DNA of 64,000 bases, taken from the NCBI GenBank assembly GCA_965240325.2, contig OZ251222.1, positions 3,844,001 through 3,908,000 on the forward strand, given 5' to 3'. The notes under the pieces are model-generated. The model was not told the DNA's origin, ran no database searches, and was given only the letters and a program-made list of their open reading frames with translations. Source of the DNA: Rebecca billardiae RCC1528. Its lineage: Eukaryota > Protista > Haptophyta. How positions within the stretch are numbered: position 1 is the first letter of the stretch; every line of letters begins with the position of its first letter. Of this stretch, positions 22,290-33,591 are shown one piece after another. The position numbers and the translations under genes were made by a program.

Positions 22290-24041
22290 ATGGCGGGCCG
22301 TAGGTCCGCCCCTTGTAGTGCCCGGGAAAAAGATAAGAAAAAGAAAAAGGAAAAAGAAAATCGCCTCGCAGAGAAAAGAAAATCGCCTCGCTCACTGCCG
22401 GGTCGCTTCGCTCACTACCGGGCGCCCTCGCAGCTCCCACTGGGGACGCTCGGCCGAAAACCATCTGGCGCCTGGCGCGGAGCGCGTGGGCGGCGCGCGC
22501 CAAATCCAACGCCGGCGCGGACATCGCGAGAAGACTCCCGAACGGTGTTTTCGCCCGATTCGCGATTGCTGCCCTCGTCGTCTCGCGTGCAGGTCGAACG
22601 GGGGCCAAAGTCGACGCGTTTGGAGGCACGCTCGGCGCGTCGACACGATCGTGCGACCTGGGGCGGTCCTCGCCCGACTTGCACGTCGAGCGCTCGCACG
22701 GGCCATAGCATCAAGCGCTGCGCTCGACAACCACCTCGCGCGATCCACCGCCGCGCGTCGAGTTCGGTGCGGAGAGGCCCTCATCACGAGGTGTCTCGCG
22801 GGCGGGAAGCGCCATCGCACGCGACGCAAGATTTGGCGCGGCCTTCTGAACACCATAACCGGAATGCACACACCGGACTGTCGTCGCGTGCCCCGGTTGG
22901 CAAGGTCGGGCGCATGCAAATCCGTTTGCTACGGTCGGTGGTGTTCCAGAGCGAGCGATCATCTTTCATCTTTCACGCTCGCGAGCTCGCGGCCAAAGAT
23001 CGCTCGGCGCTCGAGGACCCACGTCCGGCCTGCATGGCGTCGACGGTGACCAATGCGACGGAGGGGCAGCGCGAAGCGGCGTACGACGCGCACCGCACGC
23101 ACCTGTCGGGTCTGCCGCCGTGGCAGGAACCGCGTCTTCGCGAGTCGGCGACTGAGGCGACAACGCGCTATCGCCGATCCCAGACGCGCATCCGCGACGA
23201 GATGAAACGTCGAGCGTGCAACATCGTCGCCCCATCCTCGCCCATGGCACGGGCGCTGCGGGACGAGGCCGACGTCGTGAAGCCAGTGGCACATGCGCTG
23301 CGCTTCATGTGTTTGCTCGAGCAGCGCGTGCCCACCGTCGATCGCGAGTGGCACACGCTCTCGCACCGCGCGCGCGTACACCGCCAACAGCTCCTGATAC
23401 CGCCGAACGTGCGAGTGCCGGACCTGTCGCGCGGAGCGGCGAGCGCCGACGAGCGCTTGGACCTGGACGCGCTGTTGCGCAGCGTGGCGGCCGTGCACGA
23501 CGCCGACGCGACCTTCGCCGAGCCCATCGTGCCTGGAGCGGACATTGGCATCCTCGCGACACACGATCTCAGCTGGCGGCAGGAGGAGATGCTCACGATC
23601 TCCTCTGGCGGATTCGTTGGCGGCGAGGCTCTCGACTACGTCATCGCGGTCGAGATGCGGCACATGCAGCGCGTACGCGAGCTCGCGCGGAGCAACGGGC
23701 TGCCCGCCCCGCCCCGCGTGCTGCACGTTCCCTCGTGGGTGTGGACCTTGCTCATGGGTGCGGGCGTGTACGCGTGGGAGAAGGTGGCCGACATCTTTGC
23801 GCTCTTCGACCTGAACGAGTACGACGTGCTCTCCTTCGTCATCAACCAGAACGGCAACCACTGGGCGCAGGGGGTCGTCGACTTGCGCCGCGAGCTCACA
23901 ATCATCTCGGTATGTCGCATTGTTATTCGTAGTCATCCTGCCCGTCAAACCGCTATAAATAAAAGGCGCGAACCCGCTGGGGAAATATTGCGACAGCACT
24001 GGCACGGCCCGCCGACCCCCCGCCCGCCAGGGCAGAGTTTA
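22290..24041 (+). mobile_element. Rolling-circle-like element D, copy 2 (carries Ulp1 fragment)
   Basis: It is joined head-to-tail to copy 1 (CAGAGTTTA|ATGGCGGG) and has the same termini. The dimer lies between host A20912 and T24042 with no TSD. Confidence 0.7.
23034..23909 (+). pseudogene. Truncated Ulp1/C48 SUMO-protease-like exon
   Basis: GFVGGEALDYV...DLNEYDVLSFVINQNGNHWAQGVVDL matches the C48 pattern up to the catalytic His. It ends at a GTATGT donor (23910), and no catalytic Asp/Cys exon follows. Confidence 0.65.
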
Positions 24042-24243
24042 TTTTCAATTTCGTCGAAAATACGCGCGTGCTGTTTCCCGGCGGCGATTTGCTGTTTTCC
24101 GCTCTGACGAAGGCGGTTTGGCCCTGTGCCGCCGCCGCTGTGGCGGTGCCTGCTCGTCTCGAGCGGAAGCAGGCCGATCGACGGCGGCTGTGGCGCCCTT
24201 GCTGCCTCGCTCGACATCAACGGCTGCGCTCACGGTACGCGAG

Positions 24244-24957
24244 ATGGAGAACAAGCTGGAGAAGTCGCTCGACGACCTCATCAAGTCGTCGCGCAAGGAG
24301 CGCACCGCGGCGAAGAAGGCGCCGAATGACAAGGCGGCGCAGGTGAAGAAGCGATCGCAGCAGCTGCGTGCCGACAAGGTGAACAAGGCGCGCGGGATGG
24401 AGGTCGACTCGGCTGCCAAGCCAAAGAAGGTGATCGTCAAGCCCACGGTGAAGGGGGCTAAGCGCCCGCAGAAGGCGACCGCCGGCCGTGCGCGCCCCAC
24501 CAAGCAGGCCAAGGTCAAGCCTGTCGTCGGCAAGGCCAAGAAGGGCACTGGCGCGAAGCCCAGGGCGCTGCCGAATGTGCCGCCTTCTGGGCTGATCGTG
24601 CAGGTGAGCGCGGGCGCTGGTCGAGGCGGCGGCGGCGGCGGCGGCGGCGGACGACGCGGTGGCGGGCGCGGTGGCGGGCGCGGCGCCAGTCGTGGCCTCG
24701 TGCAGCCGAACCCCGGCGCTGGAGGGGGCCGCACGCAGCGCGTCCGAGGCGGTGGCGGTGGCGGAGCCCGCGGGCGTGGCGGCATCATCAAGCCGGGCAA
24801 GCCGCAGGCGCCAGTGGGCACGTTCGGCTCGGCGTCAGCCAACGCGGCCGCCCGCTCCGTCGCACGCAGCATGGGTGGCGGCGGAGGCTCTAAGGCGAAG
24901 TCAGCGGCCAAGCCCAAGGCCAAGGCAGGTGGGTCACGGCGGAAGGCTAAGAAGTAA
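24244..24957 (+). CDS. Basic RG-rich protein with N-terminal UAP56-binding motif (ALYREF/UIF-like, no RRM)
   Basis: MENKLEKSLDDLIK matches the LDxSLDDII motif. The body is Lys-rich and RGG-rich. Confidence 0.65.
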   Translation: MENKLEKSLDDLIKSSRKERTAAKKAPNDKAAQVKKRSQQLRADKVNKARGMEVDSAAKPKKVIVKPTVKGAKRPQKATAGRARPTKQAKVKPVVGKAKKGTGAKPRALPNVPPSGLIVQVSAGAGRGGGGGGGGGRRGGGRGGGRGASRGLVQPNPGAGGGRTQRVRGGGGGGARGRGGIIKPGKPQAPVGTFGSASANAAARSVARSMGGGGGSKAKSAAKPKAKAGGSRRKAKK

Positions 24958-25388
24958 GTCGCCGTCATGTGACGAGGCGGGATCGACGACGTCGAGCACG
25001 GAGCGCCGAGCAGGAGCAGACGTCAACCCGGAGGCTTCGGCGTCACTCGACTTCAGCCCGACGACGCGTGATGAGGCTCAAAATCGCCACTCCGCGTCTG
25101 CCGCCGCGCGATGCGGGCGCCATGACTGGCGCGGCCGCGAGCCGCCGCGAGCGGCGACTCGACAGTCTCGTCTCTCGACGACACTGGGCCGCCCTCGTGA
25201 CTCGAGAGTCGAGTGTCTCGAGTCTCGACGAGGCGAGAGTCTGCGCGTCACTCTGCAGGCCGCCGCAGCCTAGTCGCGGCTAAGTTAGTATAGCGATCGT
25301 CACTATGTGCTGCATGCATGCTATCGTCGATCGTCGTCTAGTAGATCTCGGACAACGCCAATCATATTGAATCAAGACTACGACTGAT

Positions 25389-27552
25389 TCAGGTAGTAAT
25401 TGGCCTGGTCTTGCTTGCCGCCTCGGCGGCCATCAGCAGTGCAATGTCCGACTTGAGGCCGTCCACGTCCCATGTGCGCAGCGTCGTGCTGAAGTAGTCC
25501 TCCTGCACCGCGAGGCCGCGCGGGAGCGAAGGCGCGTTCGGCAGGAGGTCAGTGATCGGCGATGTGCGGGCGTGGCGCAAGGCCCGCTGCAGCAGCACCC
25601 ATTGCAGGCCACGGCAGGCGCGCTCCTCTGCAGCGCGGCGCACGCACCCGGTCGACCTCGTCGCGCGAGAGGTGCTGAAGCCTCTCAAAGAGGGAGTCGC
25701 CTGCCGGCTCGGCCTGCGGCTCGGCGGCGCGCAGCGGGCTGGGCTGCACGCCCGGGTCCGTGCCCGCGCCAGCGCCAACGTGCGCGGTGCCAACGGTGTC
25801 GGTCGGGCCCTCGCGCGCGCCAGGCATCTCGATGGCCGCCACGGCGGGCGCCTCCGTCGCAGCCGGAGCGGGTGGCGGTTGGAACGTGTCGTATCCGCCC
25901 ACGGCCGTGCCGCCCGCCGAGTAGCGCTCCGCATCCATCGAGGCGCGCGGCTCGGTGGACGCTCGCGCGGTCGAGTGCTCGCCGCGCAGGGGCTCGTACG
26001 CGCCGACAGCGGTGCCTGCAGGGCGGGGCACGCCAGCGGCAGAGAGCGCGCAGTGTGAGCCAGGCACAGCAGGCTCCTGCACAGGAGAGGCGCGCGCGGC
26101 GCCGGGCGTGCCGGGCGCGCGCGCACCACCCTCTGAGACAACAGGCGAGTCGGCCTGGCCGGCGCCTCGCGCCTGCAGCGGCTCGTAGCAGCCGACTGTG
26201 ATCCCCACAGAGAAGCGCACGCCGCCCTTCCCGCCCTTCCCACCGGCGCCGCCCGCACTCTCGGCGAGCTGGTCGAGCGCGCGCGCGCGCGCAGGGTCGA
26301 GCGACGGCGGGCGGAGCTCGGCCGCGCTGCTCGCCGCACTCGAGCGCGCGCTGCCCGGCTGGCTGCCCGGCGCGCCCTCGCTGCCCTCGGCAGAGGCGCC
26401 GCCCAGGCTCGCGCGCATCTCGTCGATCGAGGCCAGGCCGCCAGGCGCATGCAGCGGCGCGGCGGGCGGGGGAGGCGGCGCGTGCGCCGGCGGCGGCGGG
26501 AAGTCGGCCGCGCCGCTGCGCTGCGGCGACGCCGCCGCGCCCGCGGGCTGCGCCGCAGGCCCCGCGACGGAGGCGGCCGCGAGGGCCTCGATCACAGCGT
26601 CCACCTGCTGCTTGGCAAAGGAGGCGCCGCCCGCGTGCGTGGCCGCCGTGCGCGCGGCGTGCTGCGCACGCACCTCGCGCGCGATCCGCTGCGCGCTGAT
26701 CGCCGTGCGCGCCGCGACGCGCGCGCGCTCCGTCGCCTCCGCCGTCTTGTCGCCCGCCGCCGAGCGCGCCGAGTAGATGGAGCCGTGCCCGCCAAACCGG
26801 TCCGTGCCCGCGCGCGCCCACGCGGCCGTCGCCGTGCGGCCCTCGGAGGAGCTCGACGCCTTGCACGAGGCGAAGACGTCGTACGCGCCGACGCCGGGCG
26901 AGCGCTCGTGCGCCCTGCCGTACACCGAGTTTGGGCTCTCGAAGCGATCAGTCGCATCGCGGAACACTGCGGACGTGGGCTGCTCGCCGGGTGTGGGCTC
27001 CACGCCGCGCGCGAGTGTCTTGTGGTCGTGCGAGTTGTACTCGCCTGGGCCCGGCCTCTCGCGGGCGGCTCGCAGCTCAGTGGCGAAGAGCCCTCGGCTC
27101 CGTCGCCGGCTTTGAGCCCCTCGGAACGCCGCCTGCAGCCGCACGATGGACTTCTTGCGCGCCGACTTGTTGGTGCCCTGCGGGGTGTACGTGCCGACCG
27201 CGGGGTTGGCCACGGCGGTGCCGCGCTCGGCGTACGTCGAGCCGTACCCTTCGAAGCGAGGCTGTCGCCCCGAGAAGCTTGAGGTGAGAGGCGCTCCTTC
27301 GAGCTCGTGCTCCGCCCCTGCTGGCTGCGCCCCCACTTCGTACGTGCCCACGCCCGGCGTGCCGCGCGAGCGTGCAGAGTAGTAGATCGAGCCGACGTCG
27401 TCGAAGCGGGAGGAGGGCGAAGGGGACGGCGAAGCCGTCGGCAGGCGTCCTGCCTCTTTGCGCGGCGTCAGGTGCCTGCTCACACCGTTCTCTTTGCCGC
27501 TGCTCGCCGTCGGCGCGTCGCGCGCCCGCACGTTCGTCGTGTCGCGGAACAT
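25389..27552 (-). CDS. SHIPPO-repeat (ODF3/STPG-like) protein with IQ motif
   Basis: Repeats are PGVGTYE, PAVGTYT, PGPGEYN and PGVGAYD. The IQ motif is IVRLQAAFRGAQSRR. The last predicted intron is 25503-25647, and another is probable near 26020-26170. Confidence 0.7.
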
Positions 27553-27725
27553 GGTCGTTTCAGTCCCGAGCGCCGCCGACGGACCGTTTCGTCGTTCGAC
27601 GGCCGGGCGTGAGATTTGAGATTTCGTTTGGCGCGAGGAGCCACCCCACCCACCCAGTTTCGTCTGCCAAACCCCCCTTGGTCAGGCCTGCGCAGGGGCC
27701 GCCGACACCGTTGCCTCGTGCACTG

Positions 27726-28751
27726 ATGGGGCGCAGGCGCGCTCGGACGAACGCTTCAACCACGGGGAAGAAGGGGGTGAAGCCGTCGGAGCCAAAGCCG
27801 TTCGGCAAATTCCGGCCGCACGGCGCTGCCCACGGCGGGAGGGCGGACGGGGCCTCGGATCAACATCGCGGCGGAGGCCGCGCATCGGCTGTGCAGCCGC
27901 AGGTGCTCACACTCGGCGAGCACTCGGCCGACGTGGCATACCTGTGCGTCGGCCGGGATGACATCGACGACCAGCTGAGGCAGCTCGGCATCCTTCACGC
28001 TCCCATCGTCGGCTTTGACGTCGAGCGCCGCCCCGCCTTTGCGAAGAACCAACACTTCCCAACGGCGGTGTTGCAGCTGTCGACGCTCTCCAAGTGCGCC
28101 GTCATCTCGCTCGGCCGCGGCCAGATCTCACGAGAGCTCGCGATACTCATCCGCAGCGCCGACGTGCTCAAGGTTGGGGTCGGTATCCAGCAAGACCTCA
28201 GCGAGCTGTGCAAGGACATGCCCAAGGCGCTCGGCCACGAGGTCGGCGCATTCGTCGACCTCTCGCTGCTGGCCCTGCTCACAGGGCATGCGCGCGTCGA
28301 GGACGACCCGCGAGGGCTAAAGCGGCTGGCCGAGGCTTTCGGCGCCTCCGTCGAGAAGAGCAGGAGCGTGCAGCTGTCGCGCTGGGACGCCGTCCCGCTC
28401 TCGGCGCGCCAGATCCGCTACGCGGCGATGGACGCCTTCGCCTCGCGCTGGCTCGCCACCAAGCTGCTGGGGCCAGCGGCGGACGCCGTGCTGGCAGCCG
28501 CGGTGCAGCCGTACGCCAACATGCCATGCTCGCTCAAGGCGATCGCGCAGCACGGGGCGTGGCTTGATGCCCTGCCGGGGGATGCGCACGCCGTCGTGGC
28601 GACGATCAGGCGCGTGCTCGAGGAGCGCAAAGCCAAGCGAGCAGCGGCCGATGCAATGCATCCACGGCGGCTGAAGCCAAAGGCAAAGGCCAAAACGAAG
28701 CGCAGACGAGCGTCACGAGCGAAGCCGACGCAGCAGGCTCCCCCGCCTTGA
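27726..28751 (+). CDS. WRN-type DEDDy 3'-5' exonuclease
   Basis: Motifs are IVGFDVERRP, LQLST, KVGVGIQQD and SRWD..LSARQIRYAAMDAF. Both termini are basic and NLS-like. Confidence 0.85.
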   Translation: MGRRRARTNASTTGKKGVKPSEPKPFGKFRPHGAAHGGRADGASDQHRGGGRASAVQPQVLTLGEHSADVAYLCVGRDDIDDQLRQLGILHAPIVGFDVERRPAFAKNQHFPTAVLQLSTLSKCAVISLGRGQISRELAILIRSADVLKVGVGIQQDLSELCKDMPKALGHEVGAFVDLSLLALLTGHARVEDDPRGLKRLAEAFGASVEKSRSVQLSRWDAVPLSARQIRYAAMDAFASRWLATKLLGPAADAVLAAAVQPYANMPCSLKAIAQHGAWLDALPGDAHAVVATIRRVLEERKAKRAAADAMHPRRLKPKAKAKTKRRRASRAKPTQQAPPP

Positions 28752-29855
28752 CAAAAATACGCAGGCGGCATAGCAGTAGGCCTAAAAACTTGTAGTAGAG
28801 CTCTGCGCTTTATAGTGCCGCCTGGCGGGGCACGACGTCGACGACTATGACTATCCGCCCTCCGCGGGGCAGCCGTCCGGGCCCCGCTCGTTGGCCCGAC
28901 CGAGAGAGTACGGACTACGGTGCGGCTACTCTCAATCATCAAGTCTAACTCCATGACCGTAGTGGCCGAGACCCGACGAGTCCCTGTTAAGGTCGCGGGC
29001 GGGCAGCGGACGCGGTGACGGGTGAGCGGGACCTCCCGAGACTCAATTTAATTCCGGCAGTATACCGTGCGCTGTCAATAATTTAATAAGTTATAGCACT
29101 TTGACTAAATAATAAATGACTTCTATGACTTCAGTAGGAGTTAGTAGCAGTCTGACTCTGCAGTACCTGCTGACACTACTCTGAGTGACTGGCGACGGTC
29201 CGGGTCATGCATGTCTCACCGTTCTGTGACAGTCTGACTGACCAGTAGCTATAACTAGTCTGCTAGAGTCGTCAATGGGGTCTAGCTGCCGTGTTCGGTC
29301 GATTACTATACTAGTAGTACTAATTCTATGATTTAAAGACACAGGCACGAGGGCGCAGCTCTCCTGATTCGTCTGTAGTGGTACTGGTCGAAGCTTGCAG
29401 CAGTGGCAGTGGTAGAGTCGTCTAGTCTGAATTATTATTATAATAACTATAGGGCGCTCTACTTTAGTACTTAGTCTAAGTCTTATCAGATCGACACTGA
29501 TTTATTGTCCGACGTTACGACTGGTTATTAGTCGTCAGCCGTAGTTAGTTGCTACGGTTATCGTCAGCAACCGCTCCGCATTAGTTACTCATCACGTCTC
29601 ACTGCATACTAATTAACATATTGAGCCGGGGGCTCCTCCCGGACTGAGTCCGAGTCCGCGACTCCGCCACTCTCATCTGCTCTCCTTGTTCGGGACCGCC
29701 GGCCGTGCCAGTGAGCCCTGCAGTGCCACTCCCGACTCCGTCTCATCAATTTAAACACTGGCCCGTATTTTATATTTATCTTAAAATTATATATAACGAT
29801 ATATATGTATATATATATCGTTATTATATTAGTATAAAAATAGCAGCGTTATAAT

Positions 29856-31793
29856 TAGCCTGGTCCAAACGCACTGGAGCACTTTCGGGGATTTTATCGC
29901 CAAATGAATGCGGGCCCCTAGGCACGCGCTCACACCCGGAAACAGCGTAACAAATGGGCCCAGCCCGGGCGGAGCAAAAGTTTCGGCCTAAAAATCGCAT
30001 CCGCGGCCCGTCGTGAGCGTGCGCGCGCGCGCCGCGGACAGCTACGGACACATAGAGAATCGTCAGTCCGAATGTGGGTAAGTACTTAGCCGAAATGAGC
30101 CCAAACGCACGAACTTACTTATTGGCGTACGTCGAGGCGAGCATGAACCCTGGTACAGGCCATTAGGATGGGCTGTGGTCTGTGCGCAAGTGGCCGTACT
30201 CAACTACTGCAAGATCGACAATATTACCCATTTATACCCGCATATTATGGGCAATGTACCCGCATAAATATGCGGTCTTGACCTGTATAATTAAAATAAC
30301 ACTATGTCGTTACACATTCGCCATAGGTGGGTAGCTGTCCCAGGCTGCACGATTAGTGCGGCGCTCGGGGTGCAGTGGTCGGACGAGGCTCCGCCTGGCC
30401 TTCCGCGCACTCCTGCAGACAAGAAGAGGGCCGGACTCCCACCCGGCCAGGCGTGCGGCAGTCGGTCAGGTGCTGGACCTGGTCTGGAGACCATCTCCTG
30501 CGTGGCGACTGGCCGATATGCGGCACAACGCGCGCCGCCGTGAGCCACACGGCAGGTTCGCAACGGATCCGGTTCGCGTGTCCACGGCGGCGTGCATCGA
30601 GTCATTCAAGCTGTCAAGTCGCGTGCCACGCCCGCCCTTTCACTTGGGGCATCAGTACTGCCTACAACGACGACATGTGCGTCCTTAGATGAGGCATAAT
30701 CGCGATTCTAGCTGCCCGTCCAAGGGTCAGATCGCACGTCTTTGCTCGCCCGACAGCCTCAACGGCGGACTGATATGATCCGCGGGTGACGATGCGACCG
30801 CTTCGAGTGCGCCTACGGCCACCACCGGGGTGGGGATCGTTCATGGGCACCCTCTGCGTGCCATGACATGCTCTGGCCGTGCGTGGTGACTTGGCCCACC
30901 GCGCGTAAACGGGAAAGACACCCGAGCACGTGCTTCCGAGCCACCCGAATGGCACAATGTGCCACCCATGGACACCAAACACGTGCCAGAGCGCGAGCCT
31001 TGCGTGCTGGAGTAGCTGCACGACACCGAGGAAGACGTATGCGCGCTCTCAACCATCTTCAAGCGACGACTCCGTCGACTCTGCCTCGCAGACCGCGGTA
31101 CGATCCTTGACCTTGTGCTCGCAGCAAAGGCCATGACGGTAAAGCAGCACCCAGGCGATGGGAGTCAGCCGGCAGCCACCACACTGCGACTGTACACACC
31201 CAGCCCCGCAAGGCGAGCCATCCTGCTCGCCACCAGCCCGTCATACAGCTCCACGAGGAGCACAAATCGACAGCCGCCGCTCAGGACGACCCATGCGCGA
31301 ACGTGACGGGACTGGCCGGATGAAGCGTTGGCGATGCGCAGCGCGCCCAACGCTGGTGGTGGCATCGAATACATGCTAGGGGTAGGCGGTGGCCGACACG
31401 AGCCGTCGCGTGGCCCGCATATTACCCGAGGTGGCCCGTCTCGAAGGCGCGGCGCAACCCAGCAGGTGAGCGTTCGACGCACGCCGTCGGGCGAGAAGTC
31501 GACCTGGCGACGGACCGCGGGCGGCGGAAGCAACGCAGACATGTCGCTCAAGGTGTGCACGCACACCACCGGGGCACCCGAACGATGTGTCCAGCACTAC
31601 ACCTGACATGAGGCGGCGCAGTCGTCCAGTCAAGGCTCTCGAGCCCCTTCCGACCTTCGTCGCGGCGAGCCGTCGGACGGCCGGTGGCGATTTTTGACGA
31701 GCGCGACGAGCGACGAGAAAAATCGGGAGAAATGAGGCGCCCAAAATCCGAAAAAGGCTTTTTCAATGGCGAAAATCGAGATGGACCAGGCTA
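29856..31793. mobile_element. Non-autonomous TIR DNA transposon (about 1.94 kb)
   Basis: Perfect 12-bp TIR TAGCCTGGTCCA / TGGACCAGGCTA in AT-rich flanks. The TSD is ambiguous (TAAT, TA or a degenerate 9-mer). The interior has only broken ORFs. Confidence 0.7.
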
Positions 31794-31993
31794 TAATATA
31801 ATAACCAGCAGGGCATGCAGGGATGCCAGAGATTTCTGCTTACTGAGTCCGCGCGTGAAGGTCGCCAAAGACTAATAAGAGCAGAAATCGAGAGAGCTCT
31901 TTGGTCTTCCACGGTCGACCTTGGTTGGTACCTTCGCGAGACGGGTCAGTCCTGTGGCCGTGGGCTGAGTTCCTCGTATCCGAGAACGGCGGG

Positions 31994-32387
31994 TCACTCT
32001 CTGTGCTCATGTTCGGCTGCCTCGCCAAAGCTCAGCAGATGGTGCAGCCCATCCTTGATGTCGGTGTCGGTGACCTCCGTGACGGGCTTAAAGACCTTGA
32101 ACTTCTTCGGTGCTCCTTCTACAAGCAACGAGATGACAGTCTCCACCGGCGGGCATCCAGGCTCTTTGCACTCGATCTGTCCGGGGCATGGCCGCAGGGT
32201 GCGGCACGGTTCGGTGCCGACGCGCGACGCCCGGGGTGGTGGTGTACCGGGCGCTGGTGAGCGGGCGCACCTGATTGACCATCACGGCCACCTCGTCCAT
32301 GGCCGGTGGGAGCATCTCCTCAACCTTGTCGCGCACGCGCTCGATGTCTGCGCGATTGCTGGGCGGCTTCTTGCCCAGCTGAATCAT
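31994..32387 (-). CDS. Small 99-aa CxxPGCPP-motif protein (spliced, not intact in the ORF track)
   Basis: Exon 1 is 32387-32271, a GT-AG intron is 32270-32177 and exon 2 is 32176-31994. The product is MIQLG...VMVNQ|IECKEPGCPPVETVISLL...KFKVFKPVTEVTDTDI...EHEHRE. Confidence 0.75.
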
Positions 32388-33092
32388 CGTGCGCGCTCGC
32401 TCACGCGGTGGACGACGTCGCCGTAATATGGCGAGAACAGGTGTACGACGAGGGCCGCAAGGGGCGGGTCGATTCCTGCCTGGCTCGCCGTTGCGTCTCG
32501 GCGGCCGGATGGGCGGGGTCTTGATCGCGCCCAGTTCACGATGGCGTTCAGTCGCTTCGTGGGGGATGGCGGCGGCCTCTCTTCGATCTACCGCATCAAG
32601 GCCGGCTTACAGTTTACTAATAAGAATAAGAGACGCACGGGGCTGGCCAGGGTAGGGCTGGGGGCTTCGGCCGCCAGCCTGATCACCCGGAGCCCGTTAT
32701 AAAGGGGAATTTAAAACAGCTCAGGCAGGCGAGATTATACCTGCGCCGATTTACCTGTGTCGTTAAATCATAGAATGAGTTTACTAAGAATAAGAGACGC
32801 ACACAGCTCAGGCAGGCGAGATCACAAATCTTCCGGACGGCGCTACCGTGACCGTCGGCGACGGCTTCATAGGCGGTGACAGTTGGCGGGCGTCGATCTC
32901 GTATGCCTGATGAGCTGTGTGCGTCTCTTATTCTTAGTAAAATGTAGTTGTACCTCTTTTGTAAGCCCATTGCGGGCATTGTCCGCATGCCCGCATTCCG
33001 CTGTACAGTATCATGCTGTCGACGCTGACGTCGACAGTACTGTAAGACAGGCAAGCAGTCGCGGTGCATGAAACTGTCTGATTTCTTGCGCC

Positions 33093-33250
33093 CTGCTTCC
33101 GCCGGCGAACGTACAGCGGCATGCCGCCCTTCGGCCGCAGGATCATCTCCTCCTCGAACTCGAGCAGCTGCTGCGCTGAGCCCTCGTCGATCGAAGCGGA
33201 ACTCGAAGCGCGCGAGCGCGCTGAGCAGCAGCGCGTGGGTCATGAGCAGG
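33093..33250 (-). pseudogene. Duplicated C-terminal fragment of the P450 at 38619
   Basis: It is near-identical to 38619-38771, with a 4-bp TCGA duplication frameshift and the TAG stop changed to CAG. The 3' flank is also duplicated. Confidence 0.9.
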
Positions 33251-33510
33251 TGGCGAACACACGCTGAGGCCATGGCTCCGCCGCGAGGCGACACTGACAG
33301 TGGGGCACAAGCCGGCACGACTGTGTCTGTGACACGTTCGCGCGTCCGGCCGTCTAACGAATGGCACGAATTAGCTTACTGCTCGCACAGCAGGCAGCTA
33401 CAGCTACGCGGTACCGTGACGCCCCGTGGCTCAGCAGCCTGAGTGTAGACGCGATTGAATTTGAAATATCAGAAATACGGTGTCGTTTGCGTGTCAGTAT
33501 GTGTGTATGT

Positions 33511-33515
<5 letters not shown>

Positions 33516-33549
<34 letters not shown>
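33516..33549. repeat. (AT)n microsatellite
   Basis: Seen directly as a dinucleotide run. Confidence 0.95.
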
Positions 33550-33553
<4 letters not shown>

Positions 33554-33591
33554 ATGGGACCTAACAGCATATAGTCGATACTGTATATGAT

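Noticed and set aside
20875-29335. Shared 14-mer AATTCTATGATTTA at 20875 and 29322
   Set aside because: There are only two copies, the similarity does not extend, and the context is not interpretable.
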